18,528 bases of DNA. Source: a virus. Taxonomy: Duplodnaviria; Heunggongvirae; Uroviricota; Caudoviricetes. Under the pieces are notes generated by a model, which worked only from the letters and a program-made list of their open reading frames with translations, did no database searches and was not told the DNA's origin. The translations under genes were made by a program, and so were the position numbers. Numbering within the stretch: position 1 is the stretch's first letter; every line of letters starts with the position of its first letter. The stretch covers positions 1-18,528 of the IMG/VR virus record IMGVR_UViG_2909739949_000002; one strand, written 5' to 3'. Positions 13,834 through 18,528 of this stretch are shown piece after piece.

Positions 13834-14367
13834 ATGTTTAAGGTAATTATGATCGACAAAAAGAAATATAACCTTCTATCTGAAGGAGCCAATGGAAAGG
13901 TTATAGAGCTTGATTCTAATAGAGTTGCAAAGATATTTGAATTAGGCGACTCTAAAAGAGAAACTTCTCTTATGCAACAAGCTAATCAAATAAACGAATT
14001 AGTCTGTAAATTTCTTAAAACCGAGTTTACTTCTAACTACAGCAAAGAATTAATGATTATGGAGAGGTTATATCCTCTTCAATACAGAGCTATTACTGTT
14101 GTAGAAAGAGAAAGAATGTTTGAGGAATTTATCAAACAAATAAAAGAACTACATTCTAATGGTTTTGCTCATTGGGATATAAAGCGTCCATCTCATGCAG
14201 TATCTAGTTCTGATAGATACTGGGACAATATAATTCTAACAAGAGATGGGATTCGCCTAATAGATACAGGTAACTCAGTATCTACTGAAGATCCAGATTT
14301 TGAAGAAGCTTGTGAAGATGACATTAGATCAGCTATGGAATTTAAGAAGATATTTCTGATTCCATAA
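13834..14367 (+). CDS. minimal protein kinase-like protein (177 aa)
   Basis: LSEGANGKV Gly loop, VAKIF Lys, RE alphaC Glu, MIMERL hinge, HSNGFAHWDIK...DNIIL catalytic loop, IRLIDTG DFG-equivalent. Confidence 0.85.
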   Translation: MFKVIMIDKKKYNLLSEGANGKVIELDSNRVAKIFELGDSKRETSLMQQANQINELVCKFLKTEFTSNYSKELMIMERLYPLQYRAITVVERERMFEEFIKQIKELHSNGFAHWDIKRPSHAVSSSDRYWDNIILTRDGIRLIDTGNSVSTEDPDFEEACEDDIRSAMEFKKIFLIP

Positions 14368-14394
14368 ATGATCTAATCGCTTTTAGCAACATAT

Positions 14395-14423
14395 AAAAGG
14401 GGTTAATTTAACTCCCCTTTTTC
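14395..14423 (+). terminator. intrinsic terminator after the kinase
   Basis: AAAAGGGG...CCCCTTTTTT. Confidence 0.7.
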
Positions 14424-14674
14424 TTAAGGGTCTCATAGACTGAAATCTATAAATCAAAATTTAAGGCTAGTTTATATAACACATTTACATGAATTAGCAA
14501 GAAGAAATATGAATTATATTAATTAAGTGTGGTTAATTTAAGTATAAGAAAATATATATACATAAACAAAAGCTTATACAGTAAGTAATATTACTGATTA
14601 AATATATTTACATTTAAATAAAAATATTTACCTAGCGGGGAGAAAAAAAGAAATATACCTAGTCCCCCTTTTTA

Positions 14675-14710
14675 TTTTTGGTGAAGTTTACTTTCCCAGA
14701 AAGGGGAGGA
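14675..14710 (+). promoter_or_regulatory. cassette element 21 (degenerate; SD outside the stem)
   Basis: TTTTTGG(T)GAA-gtttact-TTCCCAGAAA followed by GGGGAGGA; upstream GGGGA...TCCCC + T tract. Confidence 0.5.
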
Positions 14711-14716
14711 ATTAAT

Positions 14717-15790
14717 ATGTCTTTGTTTGCAAAGTTACGTGCTGCTGCTAACAACGTTGAAGTGAGCGTCGAAGCTGCTCCCGCTAAACTCTCTGATACC
14801 TTTGCTAAGTATTACGAGAAGGGACAAATGATTGTCGCTATCAACGTTGGAGCTAATGAGAAATATTACGAACGCAGAGGAAGTGAAGATAAATCTTCTA
14901 CTCCTATTGTGTCTAATAAGATGGGCATACGTCTTAACCAAGACGGAAGTGTATTCGTAAAAGGTTTAATGACTGGGATATTCTACTGGTCTGAAAACCG
15001 CAAGTCTTGGATAGCTCCACCAGCAGTAGAGAAGAATAAGGAAGGTATAGAAGTTCCTGGTATCAAGTCTAAGCCACAAGGTTTTATTGGTACCTACATG
15101 GGTGGAATATTATTTACCCTGAATGACTATATCAGCCGTATGCAAGAAGATGGAGAGATTGAACTGGCCGCAAAAGTAGAGAAGTTGAAGAAAGATAAAC
15201 TAACTCTATCCTTTATGTGTCAGCAAGAAATCTCCTTTGACTTGCCTTGCTCCCATGACCAAGTTATTGAGCAAGCTGATCGCTTACGCGCCGAAAGACA
15301 AATAGCTTTAGATTCAGGTAAGAAAGCAGGTGTATTAGGCAATACTTTAGTCTTAGCAATAACTCTAGAGTTCAGCGAAAATCCTGATGCATTTATGACT
15401 CCCATAGTCAAAGTGCAAAAGGTACTTAGCTGGACTGAAGACTACATGCCTCTAGAAACTTGTGGGAAACTGCGGGTGGATGGAGAAATGGCTGAAGACC
15501 TGGAAGCCTATGCTATCGAACAAACCTTCAATGAGAAAGAAGCCGAAATCAAAGCCGCCAACGCAATGGCTCAAGCTGCGATTAATCTTTTAACTCCAGA
15601 TGAAGGAGGCGTTGCTGGTACTCGTACTAGTCGTCGTACTGCTGACTATAAGAGAGCTCGCCGTAAACAGAAGCAGGAGCAATTTCTACTCAATGAAGCC
15701 GCAAGGAATCTAGAAGTAGAACAATCCAAAGCTGAAGTTGAAGAGATCGATGAAGACGATATGATGTCTATGTCAATGGGAGGTATCTAA
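14717..15790 (+). CDS. hypothetical protein (357 aa) with basic patch and acidic C-terminal tail
   Basis: GGAGG SD supports ATG 14717 over the track GTG 14678; ends EVEEIDEDDMMSMSMGGI. Confidence 0.8.
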   Translation: MSLFAKLRAAANNVEVSVEAAPAKLSDTFAKYYEKGQMIVAINVGANEKYYERRGSEDKSSTPIVSNKMGIRLNQDGSVFVKGLMTGIFYWSENRKSWIAPPAVEKNKEGIEVPGIKSKPQGFIGTYMGGILFTLNDYISRMQEDGEIELAAKVEKLKKDKLTLSFMCQQEISFDLPCSHDQVIEQADRLRAERQIALDSGKKAGVLGNTLVLAITLEFSENPDAFMTPIVKVQKVLSWTEDYMPLETCGKLRVDGEMAEDLEAYAIEQTFNEKEAEIKAANAMAQAAINLLTPDEGGVAGTRTSRRTADYKRARRKQKQEQFLLNEAARNLEVEQSKAEVEEIDEDDMMSMSMGGI

Positions 15791-15812
15791 TTATTTAATT
15801 GAATAGGGGATA

Positions 15813-15873
15813 GGGAGGAAACTCCCCCTCTTTTCTTTCTAGTAGGGCATTTACTTTACCAGCCCACTAGGAG
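15813..15873 (+). promoter_or_regulatory. cassette element 22 (bulged variant)
   Basis: GGGAG-gaaa-CTCCC; CTAGT(A)GGGC (15839)-N13-GCCCACTAG (to 15870) GAG. Confidence 0.85.
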
Positions 15874-15879
15874 AAATAT

Positions 15880-18528
15880 ATGTTTATCACAACTACAACT
15901 GTGCGTTTCTATTCTGTTAGCTCTATCAACAAGGAAGTGAATATCCTTGGAGCTAAAGGAGAAATAGTTAGTACAGTTAAAGTGAAAGTTCCAACATTAG
16001 TGGGACATGAAACTACATATTATGCAAATACACTACCAGACACTTCTGGCATAGGTTTTGCTAAATACTGTTCTTTACCTAGAGGAAAGAAGAGCAATAG
16101 AAAGAAGATTGCTAAATTATCTAGGAAGATTAATAGAAAGCCTAAGTCTGTTAGTAAAGCTCCTAAGAAATGGAGTCTACTAACTAAACAAGTGGGTAGA
16201 GTAGTTAGAGAGATGTTTGATGAACTGGATTTATCTATAAGAATAAAAGAGGAGTTAGATATTCCTAAACCTATTCTTAAGAAAGATAAACCAGTTAAAA
16301 CATTCGAGAAACCTATCTTAAAGAAAGATAGGAAGCCTGTTGAGAAACCAATACTACGTAAAGAGGAGGTAATAGTTAGAAAGACAGGTGGATTACCAAC
16401 AATACTTGAATCATTGAAGGAGGTTAGAAAAGAGAAGAAAAGTATTAAGGGTCGTACTTGTGTAGGTAAGAAGTTCAAAGACAAGCCTCGCTCAACTAAT
16501 AGAGTGAGTAAGTCTGCTGCAAAAGCTAGAAGTGGCAAGAAATGTCTTCTAGTAGAAAGCTTTCTTAACAAATCAATAATTGAGGCTGCCAGTAATAACC
16601 ACTGGCAAGAGCTAGTTAATCTAGCTGAGAATTATGGTTATGTTGTTGAGTTCAGTGATCTTGATGAGGCAGGTTATATCCAAAAGGATATAAAAGTAAT
16701 CCATATCAAAGATACATTCAATAATCAGGGTGCATTAGCAGAATACATACTAGCTCATGAGCTAGTTCACTTGGGTCAGGATAATGGAGTATTCCCTAAA
16801 GAGATGCCATTAGATGAACTAAAAGAACTAGTAGGTGAAGAAGCTAGTATTGATGCTGAAGCAGTTTTAGGTGAAATGAAGAGACTATTTGCTGATAGTT
16901 ACTATGAAGAGTTAGGCATTAAAACTCTTAAAGAGTTATTACCTAATGATGAATCAGTAGCTTACTATTTGATGTTCAATCCTGAATTAGTAATAAAGGA
17001 GATGAAATATACTTTGAAAGCAAGAGTAGCTTGTGGATCATTAAGTTACAGAATCGCACCTGAAGAGATAAAAACTATACTCCCTAACCAAGTATTTGTC
17101 TTTGGTAGCAATACTCAAGGTAGACATGGTAAAGGTGCAGCTAAGTTAGCTCGTGATAAATTTGGAGCTATCTATGGTCAAGCTCGTGGTTTACAAGGTC
17201 AAAGCTACGCAATAGTAACTAAAGATTTAACTAAAGGAGGTGTTCCATTAGAAAGTATCAAGAAGGAAATAGATATATTCCTAACCTTTGCTACTGAACA
17301 TCCTGAATTAGAATTTCTGGTTACCAAGTTAGGATGCGGCCTTGCTGGATATGCTGTCAAAGAGATAGCTACCCTTTTTGCTGACAAGTATATTCCCAGT
17401 AATGTACTACTCCCTAGAGAGTTTGTAGATTACCTAACGTCCACTACTACAGGGAAAGAGTCTGACGACTCAGTAGTGGGTGATATTTCCCTGAACCCTT
17501 TTGGCGTGGTTGAAGATAACAATATGAAATATGCACTTGTGAACGATCCTAAGATGCCTAAAGAAGAAGCTATTGCTTTATTCGAGGAAATCATTAAGGA
17601 TGAGCGTTTGGATTTAATTGACTCTATGTGGCTTAACCGCAGCATGGAAAGTTACCAAACCTGGACAAATACTACTTTGCAATTCTACGCGAGAGTATTA
17701 GCTAGCTATTTAAACGCTAACTCTACACCATTCCCAAGATGGTTAGCTAAATATGATGCTATTGTCTTAGTAGATAGTGTCAATAGCCTAACTAAAATCA
17801 AAACTATAAAAGAGTTTGGGATTCCTCTTTATAGCGCTTTATGGGATGGAAAAGAAAAGAAGCTGAAGCCCAGTAAATCTTATCAAACATATGGAGTACT
17901 AGAATATCAGTACGACACTAGACAACCAAACACTTTATACTTGTCTAGTCGTTCTAAATGCCCTTGGGTTAGACCTCTTGAGTGGCTTGATGCTGCACAT
18001 ATTACAAAGATCAGTGAATCTCTATCTAACCATGAGAAAGCTGAATTCTTAAGCGGCTTTAGTTCGTTCAAGCTAATAGAACCAGGCGTATTAACTCTTT
18101 CTCCTAGTGGAATAACTGCTGGCTATAGTGAAGCTATCTTTGACTTCAATAATGCTGTTATCAAAACTGGTAGAGACCACAACGTAAGAAGTCAAGGTTT
18201 CTTAGGTGGAGTTGGTGTTATGACAAACACTACTCTAATGGTATTGCTGGGTCTTCAAATTGGCAAGCTAAATCAATGGTCAGTAGGTCAAACCACTCTT
18301 GATGGTATTGTGGCTGGACTAACTCAATTGTGGGAAGAGCAAGACCTATATGGTCAAGTGATGGATACTAATCAGGAACTAAGAACAATTAGAGAGAACA
18401 CTTGTTCTTTACTAAAAGTTAGTCCTGATCCAATATTCCCATACTTCAGACTGGAAAACAATAATAGTAAGGACGGTGTAGCAGAGGCTGTAGAATACTT
18501 TAGCATCAAACGAATTCCTTTCATGACT
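15880..18528 (+). CDS. large multidomain protein, 3'-truncated (>883 aa): Lys-rich region, HExxH zincin-like domain, A1S_2505-family macrodomain-like domain, unknown C-terminal region
   Basis: Hand translation is open from ATG 15880 to the window end; ILAHELVHLG at 16756-16770; PNQVFVFGSNTQGRHGKGAA..A...FGAIYGQARGLQGQSYAI..K...EFLVTKLGCGLAGY...NVLLPREF at about 17059-17433; absent from the ORF track because it has no stop. Confidence 0.85.
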   Translation, partial: MFITTTTVRFYSVSSINKEVNILGAKGEIVSTVKVKVPTLVGHETTYYANTLPDTSGIGFAKYCSLPRGKKSNRKKIAKLSRKINRKPKSVSKAPKKWSLLTKQVGRVVREMFDELDLSIRIKEELDIPKPILKKDKPVKTFEKPILKKDRKPVEKPILRKEEVIVRKTGGLPTILESLKEVRKEKKSIKGRTCVGKKFKDKPRSTNRVSKSAAKARSGKKCLLVESFLNKSIIEAASNNHWQELVNLAENYGYVVEFSDLDEAGYIQKDIKVIHIKDTFNNQGALAEYILAHELVHLGQDNGVFPKEMPLDELKELVGEEASIDAEAVLGEMKRLFADSYYEELGIKTLKELLPNDESVAYYLMFNPELVIKEMKYTLKARVACGSLSYRIAPEEIKTILPNQVFVFGSNTQGRHGKGAAKLARDKFGAIYGQARGLQGQSYAIVTKDLTKGGVPLESIKKEIDIFLTFATEHPELEFLVTKLGCGLAGYAVKEIATLFADKYIPSNVLLPREFVDYLTSTTTGKESDDSVVGDISLNPFGVVEDNNMKYALVNDPKMPKEEAIALFEEIIKDERLDLIDSMWLNRSMESYQTWTNTTLQFYARVLASYLNANSTPFPRWLAKYDAIVLVDSVNSLTKIKTIKEFGIPLYSALWDGKEKKLKPSKSYQTYGVLEYQYDTRQPNTLYLSSRSKCPWVRPLEWLDAAHITKISESLSNHEKAEFLSGFSSFKLIEPGVLTLSPSGITAGYSEAIFDFNNAVIKTGRDHNVRSQGFLGGVGVMTNTTLMVLLGLQIGKLNQWSVGQTTLDGIVAGLTQLWEEQDLYGQVMDTNQELRTIRENTCSLLKVSPDPIFPYFRLENNNSKDGVAEAVEYFSIKRIPFMT
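16267..16362 (+). repeat. three intragenic KPIL(K/R)K peptide repeats
   Basis: KPILKKDKPVKTFE-KPILKKDRKPVE-KPILRK. Confidence 0.85.

Noticed and set aside
1448-14716. Track start sites at 1448, 2058, 3189, 7505, 7941, 11475 and 14678
   Set aside because: They translate through terminator or hairpin sequence, or lack an SD; downstream ATGs have correctly spaced SDs.
3188-15879. CRISPR array interpretation of the recurring repeat
   Set aside because: The intervals are whole SD-led ORFs of about 0.14-1.1 kb, the repeat interior varies from 11 to 29 nt, and no cas genes are present.
3188-15879. Classical integron attC sites
   Set aside because: No consistent RYYYAAC/GTTRRRY ends and no integrase in the window; the SD overlap and G-U pairs fit RNA better. 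Only a functional analogy is kept.
1655-17645. All minus-strand ORFs in the track (e.g. 3805-4056, 8729-9082, 16020-16571) and plus-strand 11019-11204
   Set aside because: Each lies wholly or largely within a better-supported plus-strand CDS or cassette element, has no SD, and reads as a shadow frame.
1-18528. Stop-codon (TAG/TGA) reassignment as in some large phages
   Set aside because: ORFs tile the window cleanly under code 11, and TAG ends genes directly before intergenic sequence (2817, 10802, 13712).
17434-18528. RNA polymerase or other named domain in the C-terminal part of the large ORF
   Set aside because: No DxDxD or other diagnostic motif recognised, and the ORF is truncated.

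Overview
AT-rich (about one-third GC by eye), densely coded, all-plus-strand window that looks like an early/host-takeover accessory region of a large dsDNA phage. No structural, replication or integrase hallmark gene is present, so the phage assignment is inferred. Bases 1-2817 are an ordinary, partly overlapping run of hypothetical genes, and 2818-3187 is a repeat-rich non-coding boundary. From 3188 to the end, all 22 ORFs sit in one stereotyped architecture: [intrinsic-terminator-like hairpin + pyrimidine tract] - [CTAGTG-N11-29-CACTAG hairpin whose 3' arm usually runs into the AGGAG Shine-Dalgarno] - ORF. The second hairpin shows compensatory and G-U changes, so the fold rather than the sequence appears to be conserved. 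Three 3' UTRs carry a roughly 68-nt D-stem-less tRNA-like element, one of them embedded in a 1:2/2:3/3:4 attenuator-like layout. UACAU recurs in loops of both element classes. Cargo includes an R-S-E ADP-ribosyltransferase, a minimal protein kinase, a degenerate GGDEF protein, five HExxH zincin-like domains, three paralog pairs with swapped C-termini, and an >883-aa HExxH + macrodomain-like protein missed by the ORF track. No databases were searched; product calls rest on motifs read by eye.
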